DNA of 64,000 nt from Cenococcum geophilum (lineage: Eukaryota). The notes beneath the pieces were generated by a model. The model was given only the letters and a program-made list of their open reading frames with translations. It was not told where the DNA came from and did not search any database. Within the stretch, counting starts at the first letter, position 1. The number at the start of each line of letters is the position of its first letter. The position numbers and the translations under genes were made by a program. This document shows, one piece after another, positions 47,521 through 60,400 of the stretch. The stretch is taken from NCBI GenBank assembly GCA_050273025.1, contig CP158635.1, positions 18,848,001-18,912,000 on the forward strand. The letters are read 5' to 3'.

Positions 47521-50500
47521 AAGAGAACCATCGCTATATTATATTAAATTATCTAAAATAATAATATTTATTTTGCTAGCCTTATAAATAGCTTTAAAAT
47601 AGCTTTTATTTATTTAAAATATGCTATTAGTATAAAAGAGGTAAATATAATTATGGTTGCTAAATGCGCAGATTACTAGCAGGTTGCGCGCAGGTTGCGC
47701 GTAGGTTGCGCGTAGGCTGCGCGCAGGCTGCGTGTTAAAAAAACACGACATAGGCTAGTCGGTCGAGTTGCCAAATGACCTCAACTGCGCGCTAATTGCG
47801 TTAACCACCAACCATTGAGGCCATTGAAAGGGTACTATATTTTGCCGATGCTATAGCGCGGTATTATTATATTTGCTATCTTTATAGTGTTCTATACGGT
47901 ATACTAAGAATCTATTTAGGTCCTATTACTTAGCGGTTATAAAGTTGGTTATGGCTTTATCCTATATCTCTGGGTTAATATCTTTCTTATACTTCTTTAG
48001 ATAGGTTAACGCTATAGTAGATAGAATTAACGAGGTATTATATATCGAAGGTAGGTAGGATTTTCGGTTTTATAGGATCTTGTAGGTTTACTATTCAAAG
48101 GTAGGCAATTTAAGATATTATTTAACGCGTTTCGGATATCGACTTAGGACCTTAAGTTTAGTAATACTTCTAACCTAAAGTACTTAACCAAATCTTCGTA
48201 AACGTAATTATTCTATATAATGGATGTAACTTAGTATCTCCTAGTACTTAGTAACACTTCTATTACTAGTTTTCTATAAGTTTAAGGTAGTATAGTATCG
48301 CCGGGATCCATTTTATATAAGTGTATATAGCACCCCTATACGAGACTGTTTCTTCTATTAATAACCTAGCTGCTCTATAGTTAACTATGTATTTAACTAC
48401 TAATTAGTATTAGAAATACAGGGCAAATTACTAATACTACTTAAGTAGATATAGTGATGGAAAAGCTTATTGTTCTAGATGGGGGAGGGTAAGGAATTTA
48501 AGGTTCCTCACCACGCTAGTGCCGCGACGGCACGTGACGGCAAGTTGCCTTACGTGACGGCAATATGCCGCACGTAAGGGCAAATTGCCTCATTCCCGAC
48601 ACTAACCTACTTTAATCGACCCGCCCGACTAATATAATTATAACTGGACTAATTAAATATATAGTGGCCATAGTAGGCAATATAGTAGAGGGTATAATTA
48701 ATAACTATAAGGTAAAGGTAGAGGTCCTTATAGAGGTTCATTTTAAAGTAATTACTAAAAAAAGTGCTATATTTATAAGAAACCGAATTGCTAGTTAATT
48801 AGGTATTCTCTTAATAAGCGAAAAAAGGTATATAATAAGTTTCGCTAGAGTATAAGAAACGTTAAAAATTATAAGGCTATTATAGCCTACTTCTAAAGCT
48901 TCCTGATTTAATATAAAGGCATAAAAGATCTTAAAGGTAAGGTTAATAAGGTTAAATAGCTCCTTATAGATATAGAAATTAAGAACTACTTACCTAACTA
49001 ATACTTTACTAAGTATAGTAAGGTAGATAGTATATAAACCATCGCTATTCTTAATAACCAATCTACGCTCTATTCTATTATAAAGTTAAATATCTTTAAT
49101 AAGCTAAAGGAGAGCTCTATATTCTCCTTTAACAATAGATACTTAGTAAATATCTTTTATAATATTATACTAGATACTAGAGCCGTAGGAGTATCTATAG
49201 TAGGAGAACCTTAAGTTTAAGCCCTTTAGCAGCTTAATAACTCTATTTAGATTAACTATTTAACGGCAGGCTAATATACGATTTGTTTAGCAAGGGTACT
49301 ATAATCTCTCTTAGCACAATTAGGGTCTAAACCCCCTTAAGGTGCATTACTTTCCATATTATTCCCATAAATACTCCATTTCTATTTTATATTAGAAATA
49401 TAAATAAATTAGGCGTTAAGCTCGATAACCTTAAGAATATACTTATATAGGGAGATAGTTAAGTACTTATTATACGCAAATAGGGTTACTTTTAGTTACT
49501 CCTTTATTAACTAGAAAAGAGTATTGCTTAAAGCTACCTAACTAAGTTAGAGTTATATTAACTATACTATTATTTTAGCTACCTATCTATTTATTAATTG
49601 CTTAGGGTTCTTTAGTAAGTAGGGCATAAAGTTAAGGTTAAGGTAATTAAGCATCTTATAAAGTACTACTATTACTACTAAATAAACTAGAAGTCCCTTA
49701 GCCGATTTAAGTTTACCCTTAAAGATAATTACAATTTTAACTTCTATATTATTGTTAACGTTATATATCTTAGCGGTAAGCCAGTACTTTAAGTTATTAA
49801 CTTTTTAACCTCCTTCTAAGCCGTACGTTTCTTAAAGGATATATTAGCTAGGAACGTATAGGATACCCTTTAATTATACTAGATTAATATCTACTTAGAA
49901 CCCCCTAATTAAATCGCCTATAATATAGGAAAGAACTTCTTATTTATAGAGTTTTAATAATAAATAAAGGCAATAGTAATTAAGGTTAAGGAAGTCCCTA
50001 TTAAGGCATATAATAGTATTAAAAAAGTAGAGTAATATTATACGCCATTACGCCGCGTATATAAGATTATCTCTTTAGAACTAAAGAACGCTAGCGAAGA
50101 ACTTACCTTATAAATAGCTATTAAAGCTATTAATAATTCCACTAGCCTAGATAGACTCGTACCTATATTACTAGTCTTTAGCGCCTACCCTTAAATAACT
50201 AATAATTCTTTATTATCTCCCTCCATTATATAATAAGCTAAAGCTATTTATAAGGTAATAAAGAAGGTATAACGTCTTTACGCTATACGCTAGGTTAACA
50301 ATATATTAGGAATAAGAAATAGCCTAAATACTTTAACTACGCTTAATTTACTACTCTAGTCTAAGGTACGCGTATAGCGTAAAAAGGGAGAATAGTTAGG
50401 CCTATATTAACTTATTATAATTAATAGTTAAACTTATACTATTTAGATGCCTTATAGACCTACTTAATTCCATTTAACTATTATTAAGCCTTATTATAAA

Positions 50501-53500
50501 AATAATAGTTCTAAGCCTTTATAGGATGCCCTAGAGGAAAACTATAATTAATATGCTCTAGAAGGCGACTATAATTCTAATATAATTATAGTAGAGGTGC
50601 CGCAACTATAACGCGGTAGAGGTTGCCTAAAAGGATTATAAAATCGCTAATATCTTATTAATTTTAAAGAGCAATTTATTGCCGCTATTAAGAATAGAGT
50701 TAAGTTATTAATGGCCTTTATAACAGCTAAGGAGAAGGCTAACTTTAAGCTTGTAAAACAGCTCTAAAAAAAGGTTATATTATAACTCCTAGAGCTCCTT
50801 TCTAAGTATCTAATAAGTAAGAGATCGATAGTCTTATTATAAGAGGAGTCTTTAAATTTAAGAAGTATAACCTTACTAAGTTTAATAAAGTTCGCATTTT
50901 TAAGTTAAAAATAGTTAATAAGATTAAAGGCAAAGCTACTAACGCCCTATTTAAGAAATTAAGGCTTATTATCTAAGGTTATAACGATAATAGTAAGGAG
51001 GTAATTTTTATATAATCTTTTATAATTTAACAAGCTAGTTAGCAAGTTATTATTACGCTAGCTTCCTCCTTAATAAAGAATAAAATAGCGGTTTATTTAT
51101 AAGATATTACTTAGGCCTATACCTAATTAGAGATGCACCTTTAGCGCTTAATATTGGCATACCTTTTAGAGTAAATTCGCTACTAATATCCCGAAGATAT
51201 AATTATAGTTATACTTAAGCTATTATATAGAATCGCAAAGGTAAGAACTTATTAGTGGGCTACCTATAGTAAGCACCATAAAGAGAAGCTTTTAATAACT
51301 ACTTTTATATTTAATCTCTACTTCCTTATTATAACTATAGGAACCCTATTTAGAATTGTTGGTATATAAACTAATAATATAATTATTTTAGGAGATAACT
51401 AGTTCTTAGCTCTTAAAGAAGATAAGCTAGTAAAAGTAAATCTTATAGCAAAGCTAAAGGAAAAGCTTAATTTAATAACACTATTACTCTTTAATAGATA
51501 TATCCTCTCCCTAAATAAGAATTCTATTGCTTTACGCTAAAAGGGTTAAGATAAGAAGATTAACGTTATTAATGTTAATTTTTTAAAGTAAGGATATATG
51601 GAGTAACGCGCTTATAGAGCTTATATTACTCTTATCTATTAACCTAAGGCTTTATTTAATCTCTTTATTGCCGCCTAATACTAGAAATTAACTAAGGATA
51701 ATGTTCTTGCCCTAAATAAGCGTCTTTTCTAGCAAATAAACCATTTTAATTAGGGACTACTCTACGTGCCTATTAATCTTCCTACCGCTAAGCTCTTTAT
51801 ATTTATTAATAGATCGTTTATAAATAATAAAGATTTTAGCTTTTAGCTAGGATATAAAATTATTATCGCGAATAAATTTACTAGAGAGAATAACTTTATA
51901 ATTTACGGTAATTTTATTTATTAGAGCTTAACTAAGAGTAAGCGCGTTACTTAAAGCGTTCTAGCGTTAGAGATATATAAAATAGTTAGTAGAGTTAATG
52001 TAGCAATTATAATTGGAACTACCCTAAAGATAATTATAGATTAACTTAAACTTCCTATTATCCCTATAATCGTATATACCGACTTATATTCCCTTTATAA
52101 ATATTTAGTTAAGCTTAGTACCATAAAGGAGAAGCGTCTTATAATTAACATTATGGCACTTTATTAATCCTATAAACAGTAAAAACTCTTTAAGATTTAA
52201 TGGATTAACGGTTAAAATAACCTAGCAGATATAATAATAAAGGTAAACCTAAATAAGGCTCTAGAAACGTTTATTAATATAAACATTCTATATATATAAG
52301 TTAAAGGTTAGGTTAAAAGGGAGTAAGAGTATAATATTCTATAGACCCTAATTTTAACTAGCCAATTAGGATTTTTTATACCCGGCATAGAAAATTGCTA
52401 TTAGCTCGCTTATAACTAGCGCCTTAGCGGCCCTAATATAATATCCACCTATAACTCTAAGCAAGAAAGCACCACGTGCTAAGAGGCAAATTTTAGAACA
52501 GCGAGACTTATATTATAATAGCGATAGTAAATAAGGAGGATTAATATTTGTTATGCTAGTTAAGCAGTATTTATATATAGATAGCAACTATAAAAGAAGA
52601 ATTGCTAATATTGGGAATGAGGCAAGCGGTTGTTATATAACGCCGCGGCACTAGCGTAGCAAGGAGTCTTAAGCTCCTCGCCCTTCCTTATTCCAATTAA
52701 ATAAGCTTTATTAACCAATATCACTATAACCTACTCGAGTAGTCGTTATTAGTAAGTCACCCTATGTAACTAATAGTAGCTAATATAGATATAGACCTTA
52801 TAGTAATCTTTTTCCTTAACTCCGGCTACTCCTACTACTTTAGCTGCTAAAAAGAAGACTTTATAGAACTATAAAGCTATATTAGTAAACTACTTAGGGG
52901 CTTTATAGGAGCGTGGGAAATATTAGAAGTAATTAGAACTATAAAACTATTCTACTTTATTAATAATAAAAATGTATACCTATATCTATACGATACCCTC
53001 TATTCTAAAGGGGGTATTAATCTAATTTCTATATTAAAACTGCGGGTAAAAGGAGTAAAAATAGGTTTTAATAATAATAATATAATAATTACTATAAAAG
53101 GAACAAAATTTAAAGTATCCTTACTCTATAGCCTATACGCTTTTAATATCTAATAATTAGAACTACTTTTAGGATTAACTGCCTATATAATTACTACTGC
53201 TTAGTATAAGATCTAGTATTAAAAAAATAGACTACTTAGGGGAATAAAATCTATAAAGACTTAAAATAATATTAACTAGAATAGATCTGTCTCTAAATAA
53301 CTGTATATATGTTTTATATATCTAAGAATAAATAAAGAAGAAACTATATAAAAAGAAGTTTAAACTAGGAACTTGCCTTCTTAAATCTATCTACACTAAT
53401 ATTGCTAGCTTTTTCCCTATTATAGGCTATGACCAAAGCTAATACTAGGTTATATTTCTTAACGACTATATATATAGCTAAAGCCTACCCTATTGCTAAG

Positions 53501-54295
53501 AAAAGCAAGTTTTTCCGCTATCTTTAATATTTTATAGAAAAGTACTTCCGACCTAAACGCCGCTATTAATATATTAGACTTAACTAGGAAGGAAAAAACC
53601 GCTTAAATAAATTCTATATCTTATATATAGACAGAGGAATTAACGTTAAAGTTATAGCTATAGAGTAGCACTAATAAAATAAAGCCGCTAAACGATTAAA
53701 CAGAATCCTTATAGATAAACTTTACCCTATACTACTAAACGTAAATCTATATAAAAATAAGTGGCTAGAAATCCTTATCTCTATTATAAAAATCCGTAAC
53801 TATAGCCCTAGTACCCGTATTGGTAAAATACTATATAAAGCCTAGTATAGCAAGAAACCAGACCTATTTTTTTTAATTTAATACTAGGATATAACTGCCT
53901 AGTACTAAAACTAAAAAAGAAATAGTAAAAACTTGCTAATATAAAATCAATACCGTATAAACTCCTTAGCTTTAAAGAAAGTTAAAACAAATGTATCTTA
54001 ATAGAAAATGGCATAATTACTCGCTCTATAAATTTCATATTTATAGAAAAAAGACTTTATTTAAGTACCCTAAGTACTAAAAGGGAGACATAAAAATAGC
54101 CGAATAAATAACTAGTTAAAGACCCTATAGGTCTTAGTAGGGCTCCTAAATAACTAAAAGTGCCTTATATAAAAGATTTATACCCTATTAATAGGGAAGA
54201 CAGAAATCTAGTAGACGGCGAGTTACTAGCCTAGTTAGAGAATCTTAAATCTTCTAAAACCTTTTATTAGATAACGCATTAATTGCGATTGTTAT

Positions 54296-56569
54296 TGTCG
54301 GAATATATGGACAGGAATGTATGGACAAAGGTTACGTGGTCACGTGTTGCTGATTAGTCACCCTTACGGTGACTCATCAGCCCCCTACTTAGGCACCGCG
54401 ATCCTTACGATCCTCTGCTTTCGATACCTATTAGACAAGAATTAATTCAACAGTTAATAGGCCAATTAAGTGCACTTGGGTGATACCGACATTAATTAAT
54501 AGTTAACCTTACCGGTTGGCTATAGAGCAATAAGGTTCACTGCCGCCCTAGTAGCTTCGTTCAATCAAAAGCAGTAACCCAGTACCTAGCAGCAAAACCA
54601 CACTAGTAAGCTTAGAATATATAAATACGCAACCTATAAGATATTCTATAGTATAAGACATTCTATAGCACGCAAATTAACACCTAGTAGTACTACGGCA
54701 GCGCTCTAGCCGTATATAGTATACTAGCTTCTACAGTACCCAACATCCAACTACCTAACAGCTTTACGCAGTACCCCAGCGTAGCTACGCAACCTAGCAG
54801 CAAACCACCCCCTAGTACGCGTCTTAGCATACAAATCAATATCTAATAGCCTTATATAGTACTCCAGCGTCACAGCAACCTAGTAGTGTTAGCAGCACCC
54901 AGCACCCAATAACCTAGCGGCATTAGCAGTACTAAAATACCCAGCTACCTTAGACTTGCGGAAAACCAGTAATAGAAGTATTACTAAGTACTAGGAGATA
55001 CTAAGTTACGTCTATTACGCAGAACAACCATATTTACGAAGATTTAGTCAAGTACTTTAGGTTAGAAGTGTCACTAAACCTAGGGTCCTAAGTTAACGTC
55101 TGAAACGTGCTCCCCTCTACCTATAATCCTAATACTGTCTGCTACCTTCCTTGCAGATCTGCCACGTTAAATACCACGTCCAACAGCGCGCCTATAACGC
55201 TAGCGCGCTCCCTACTCTCTACCCTCTTAAATCTGCCGGCGTCTGCGGCAGCTATAAACCCTTAATGGCACTACCTTAACTTTCTAAAGGATACAAAAGC
55301 GGGAGCTGTATGGCTACTGGGCGGCGTTATTATATTAACACCTATAACAATAAAGCCTAATAGGAGTTTCCAACTACGACTGCTTATTAAAAACAGATTT
55401 AGGATATATAAGATATGGTTTAACAATAAGAGTAAACTTTTAAAGTAAAATTACGCCAGTAGCAAGATATTTTGGACCTATATTAACAGTAGTACGAAAA
55501 AGTCTAGAAGGCGTATTAAGAGTAAAAGGAAGAGATTAAGGAGTTATAAAGCGTAGTTTAGTAATTATAGCAGCAAGCTACACTAGCGCAAGCTCCGCTA
55601 GCTTTACCCTTATTAACTAAAGCTAAGGAGCCACGGCAGCCAAGCTTATATAAGCCCCCGCAACCTTAAACCTGCGAAAAGTGCTCTACTACGTTCCCTT
55701 TAGGTCAAGCGTTCTTTAAACATTTGCTAGATTATCAACCATTTTAATGTACTAAGTGCGAATCTATATTCCCCTTAAATACTACTCTCCATAAGCATAT
55801 ACGGGAATATTATTATCTAAAAGATGTAAACGGGAATTCAGGTGTTAAGCTTTGTTAGGATAAAGGTCTACCAACTAAACAAACGATTGTGCCGTTACGC
55901 CTGCAATCTATCTGACGCTAGCACCGTACTGCCCATACCACCGACAAACTGATAGCGCCGCTATGCCTGCTATTACGATACTGATTGCGCCGATACGCCT
56001 GCGATCTACTAACCGAATGATCGTACCTGTACGCCTATAATTAACCAACCGACTGGTAGACAAGCTCTATGCTTAACCACTATTACTACCACTACTGGTA
56101 CCGTACTACTACCCGGACAGACCGCTGCCATGCTTGCAGCTAATTCCGATTTAACCGTTACTGCTTTGCCTGCAGCTAAACCAATACCTTACTGCCTTCC
56201 TGCAGCACTACAATTGACTTCTACTGCTCCACCTATAGTAATACAATCGACAACTACTGCTCCGCCTATAGTACTACCACGAACTCGTACTGCCTTCCAC
56301 CTCTAGCTAAACTAACACCTTACTGCCTTGCTACCTTCTTGTAGCGCCATAAGTATAAAGAAAGAACTGCCAGTGTCGGAATATATAGACAGGAATGTAT
56401 GGACAAAGGTTACGTGGTCACGTGTTGCTAATTAGTTACCCTTACGGTGACTTATTAGCCCCCTACTTAGGCACCGCGATCCTTACGATCCTCTGCTTTC
56501 GATACCTATTAGATAAGAATTAATTTAACAGTTAATAGGCCAATTAAGTGCACTTGGGTGATACCGACA
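54296..56569 (+). mobile_element. 2274-bp non-autonomous LTR element D (LTRs 54296-54491 and 56374-56569)
   Basis: Near-identical 196-bp TGTCGG...CCGACA LTRs; TSD GTTAT; no pol motifs; shares a ~165-bp leader segment with elements B and C. Confidence 0.9.
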
Positions 56570-57482
56570 GTTATTTTATTTCCTTTAAGGGTATAGACTA
56601 GGAGTGTCTTGGCTATTTAATTTAACTATATATATTAAGGCTTAATAGCCTATATTAATTTAATAGAGTTCTCCTTCTTAACTGCACTGTTTAATAGTTA
56701 TAAGCCCAGGCCATCTACTGCATTAACTTTAATTTAAAGGCTTAATTACCTTATTGTTAATATATAACTGTAGAAGCCTTAAATATGTCCTCTTAATAAC
56801 CTAAAATGCTTATTACTACCTATACCGTAATTCTCGCAGGCCCGAACAATTGGGACTAATAGATTAGAGTTATTAAGTATAGAGCCGACGTTAAGAATAT
56901 ATAGAAATATATTAATCTAAGTGTTAAAAGATAGGATCTACCTAAATAGTAGTAGTTCTTTGATTAACGTCTAATATGGATCCTATCTTGGCCCACGCAG
57001 ACTACTCCATTACAGGGGGGAAAACTTATAATTTACATAAAGAAAACCCTGCAGTTGGGGGAGGAAAAACCCTATAAGCAGCCTCAGTAGGATAAAAAAC
57101 CCCAATTTGCCATGTTTACACGTAGCAGCGGCCCTACGGGCCTACTGCACGTCCTCCTCCTTAGATATTTTGAACTTCTTAGGAACTACTGCTTTCTTCT
57201 CTAGCTTATTAAAGCTAGGGTTCACTACGTCCCAGCTAGGCCTTACTAATCGATTGCTGTGTCTTATTGTCTCTTTATATCCTATATCTTGCCCATCCCC
57301 TATATGCTATCTCTTATATAGACCACTGCCATATACGCCTTGCCTCCCCCCCCCTAGAGCCATTAAAGGCGTAAGGGGGATTTATCCATTCTAACCACCG
57401 TAATACTAATAAGCGAGCGGGATATTATGTATTTAGGTATCTTTTATACCTAAGCCCCAGCTAGGCCCTTTCTAAGGGTTAC

Positions 57483-60400
57483 TGTTACGGGACACCCCCG
57501 TAATACCTTGCACACATTTACCTATTTCCACCGACTTAGCAATTAGAGACTAACCGCGAAATGGCAATCTAACGGCAATCTAATGGCAATCTAACGGCAA
57601 TCTACGGCATTCTGCTATATTCTGCCAAGTTCTACTAAATTCTGCTAAGTTCTACTAGGACTATGACCTGAACCCTATTCTGCCTATATATGTGTTAACT
57701 AAGCAACCAAGTTAACAATATATGCCCTTTCTTCCCGTTTTCCTACCTTTTTTTCTTATGCAACGTCTTAACCTCCTTATACAGTTTATGTATATAGCTT
57801 AATAATATCTACCTTACTATATATATTATCGTCGCTTGTACTTACTCCGTAATACTACGTTGTATTAACTACCTACACTACCGTTAATATGCAGAACGAA
57901 CCTAAAGCCCCTATAACGGCCGCTGGTATTATAACCGCACTTTAAAAATAATTAGTAGGGATATAGAAGTCTTTTATAGACGCCCTTAAATAGAATTAAG
58001 CTACTTTAAATTAACGATAAGCCAAATAAGAAGCACAATACCAGCAATTAATTAAGGACCTCTAAGAAGAAGTCCGTGCCCTTAAAATGCCCACGCTAGG
58101 ACCTTAAGACTAAATGCTATCTCCGGAGATAAACACGCGAAACGCGAGCCCCGAACCCGCAGTAGCCACTTACCCTAAGCCGACTACTATACTAAAACGA
58201 TCCAAACAACTACTAGATCCCTTAGTATTTACTAGTAAACGATAAAAGCTCTAATTATTTCTAAGCTAGCTTAAAAATAAGCTAACTAGTAACGCTAACC
58301 GTTACCTAACTAAAGCTAACCAACTCTGTTACGCCCTAAGTTAACTAGGAGGAGATGCAGCCGACCTTATTAAACCTCTTTAGCTAAACTTAGTGTAAAG
58401 CCTAGTTATACTTCTTAAAGCTATATATAGTGACCCAAACCGCTAAGCTACTACTTAAAGAAAGATAAACTATATAACTTAAGGAACAAAAAGTTTCCTA
58501 GTATACTTCTCTAAATTTAACCGTTACGTAAAGGAAATAGGATGGAATAACTCCGCACTAATTAATAGCCTTATTAAATCCCTAAGCCCTAAACTAAAAA
58601 CCTCCCTAATAGGCGTAGACCTACTGGGAGCCCTTAATACCTGCGTAAACGTTATTAATAAACGGTATAATGATATACTACGCCTAATACTAAAGCCTAC
58701 CCCCTAATACAATATAGCAACCCCACGAACGTCTACTAAGCCATCTTAGCTTAAGTACCCTAACGCCATAGATATTAACACTAGGACCCTAGAATATGCC
58801 CTACTAGGGTCCTTTAAATAAGAATAACGCATTAAGCTAGGCCTCTGCTTTAAATATAGAAGTAACTCCCACCTCTTTAACTACTGCTCCGCCCCTTTTT
58901 AAAAAGACCTATAAATAGCTAATGCTAGTAGCCTACCGCCCTAATTCTCTAGCTACCGTCCCTAATCTTTATCTAGCTCTAGCTTGATAATTAGTAAGCA
59001 CCGTTTACGAGGACGAAGCTCCAACTAATATCCTATAAGAACCCCACCCCAATCGCCTCCAAAAGGAAGGTCCTAGAGCTAAGTCGCTCTCCGGGACGGC
59101 TCTACTACAGGATCTCGTTAAACGCATTTAACGTTATAAACTCCGACTCTTGGGACCATAGCATAACTATTAACTGTTATCTTTGGTAGAATAGTTAATA
59201 GGCTAACGCTTAAATCCTAATTAACACAGGAGCTAGCAGCATAGGATTTATTAATAAGATCTTTATGTAAGATAATGGTTTTACCCTAATCCCCCTTAAC
59301 CGGTATATTAACGTATTTGGATTTAATAGTAAACGCACCGTCTTAGGCCGTATTACCTATGTAGTAACCCTAAGACTCCAATACCTAAACCATGAAGAAC
59401 TAATTAAGCTTTTCGTTACTACCCTAGGTTACTTAGTGATCCTTAGACAACCCTAGATAAAGCTATATAAGGTAACTATTAATTAAAACAACCTTAAGCT
59501 TCTATTTACCACCTCCCGTTGCAAGTAGAAGTGCTTTATAACTTGCTGCTTAGACCCAGAACTAAAATCTAAAGAATCTACCAGATTCCACCAATATAAG
59601 ATTTCCACCGAATTTTACCGATATAAGAATTCTACCGACACCCACTAAGGATCCGAAAATTCTACTGAGCTCTATAAGTTATTACTAAGCACTACACCGC
59701 CCTAAACTAAATAGAAACTTAAGCTTAGCACACGAAACTACCAGAAGGACTGGTATCCTATAATAAAAAGAATACTTAAAGAACCCAAACCCAAATCTAA
59801 TACTGACTCTATACCTAATACTAAACCCAAACCTAAATAAGAAACTATAGACGAGCCGAACGAGCTCGGTACCCTAGATATCCGCATAATTAGAGCTACT
59901 CCGTTAGCGTAACTTGCTAAGAAACCTAAACATACAATCTTTGCTATTACTATAGCTAATATTAAGAAGGCCTTAGCACTAAAGAAGTATACTAACCCTA
60001 CTACAAAGGTACTAGTAGAGTACCATAACCGCCTAGAGGCATTCTTACAAAAGGAAGCCAATAAGCTACTAGAATACCGATTGTACGACTATAAGATTAT
60101 ACTTAAAGAAGGAAAGCAGCCTGGATTTGGACCCTTATACGGGATATCCTAAAACGAACTCTAAGTACTATAAAAGTATTTAGATGAGAACCTAAGCAAA
60201 GGATTTATTAAAGCAAGCTTATCGCCTGTGGCCGCACCAGTAATCTTCGTTAAGAAACCCGGCGGCGGTTTACGCTTCTGTGTAGACTACTAAGCTCTTA
60301 ACGCCGTTACTATTAAGAACTAATATCCAATCCCGTTAATATAGGAGACACTAAACTAACTAAGTAAGGCTTGTTACTATACGAAGCTTAATATTATCTC

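Larger units (their letters stand above)
45488..47850. mobile_element. 2363-bp non-autonomous TIR element composed of tandem-repeat modules
   Basis: Ends TATCGGGAAAATAT...ATATTTTGCCGATG (14-bp imperfect TIR); CT on both sides; host copia gag is colinear with its paralog at about 37900-37970 once the insert is removed. Confidence 0.75.
40239..48601 (-). mobile_element. GalEa-like Ty1/copia element C (LTRs 40239-40432 and 48408-48601), inserted in reverse into the gag of related element B
   Basis: Matching 194-bp LTRs; TSD CTAAC; the internal region is the reverse complement of B's internal region. Confidence 0.92.
37170..52775 (+). mobile_element. GalEa-like Ty1/copia element B (LTRs 37170-37336 and 52609-52775) with nested insertions
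   Basis: Matching 167-bp LTRs; TSD GTAGC; CTGATTAGTGG directly after the 5' LTR; integrase, RT and RNase H in 49500-52320. Confidence 0.88.
36181..54264 (+). mobile_element. Copia element (putative 5' LTR 36181-36279; gag to 37169; resumes 52776-54264 with protease/integrase), hosting further insertions
   Basis: TGTGG...TTTCACA short LTR-like segment; gag-like KFLTGLSLDYNIFLT; integrase-like AAKRLNRIL and WLEIL...IRNYSPS; continuity across TSD GTAGC. Confidence 0.65.

Noticed and set aside
45551..47733. CRISPR-like appearance of regular repeats
   Set aside because: Units are head-to-tail with no unique spacers, there are no cas genes, and the context is eukaryotic.
59738..60061. 107-aa minus-strand ORF (also short ORFs at 27725, 32628, 45309, 57107)
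   Set aside because: Antisense or incidental frames within retroelements.
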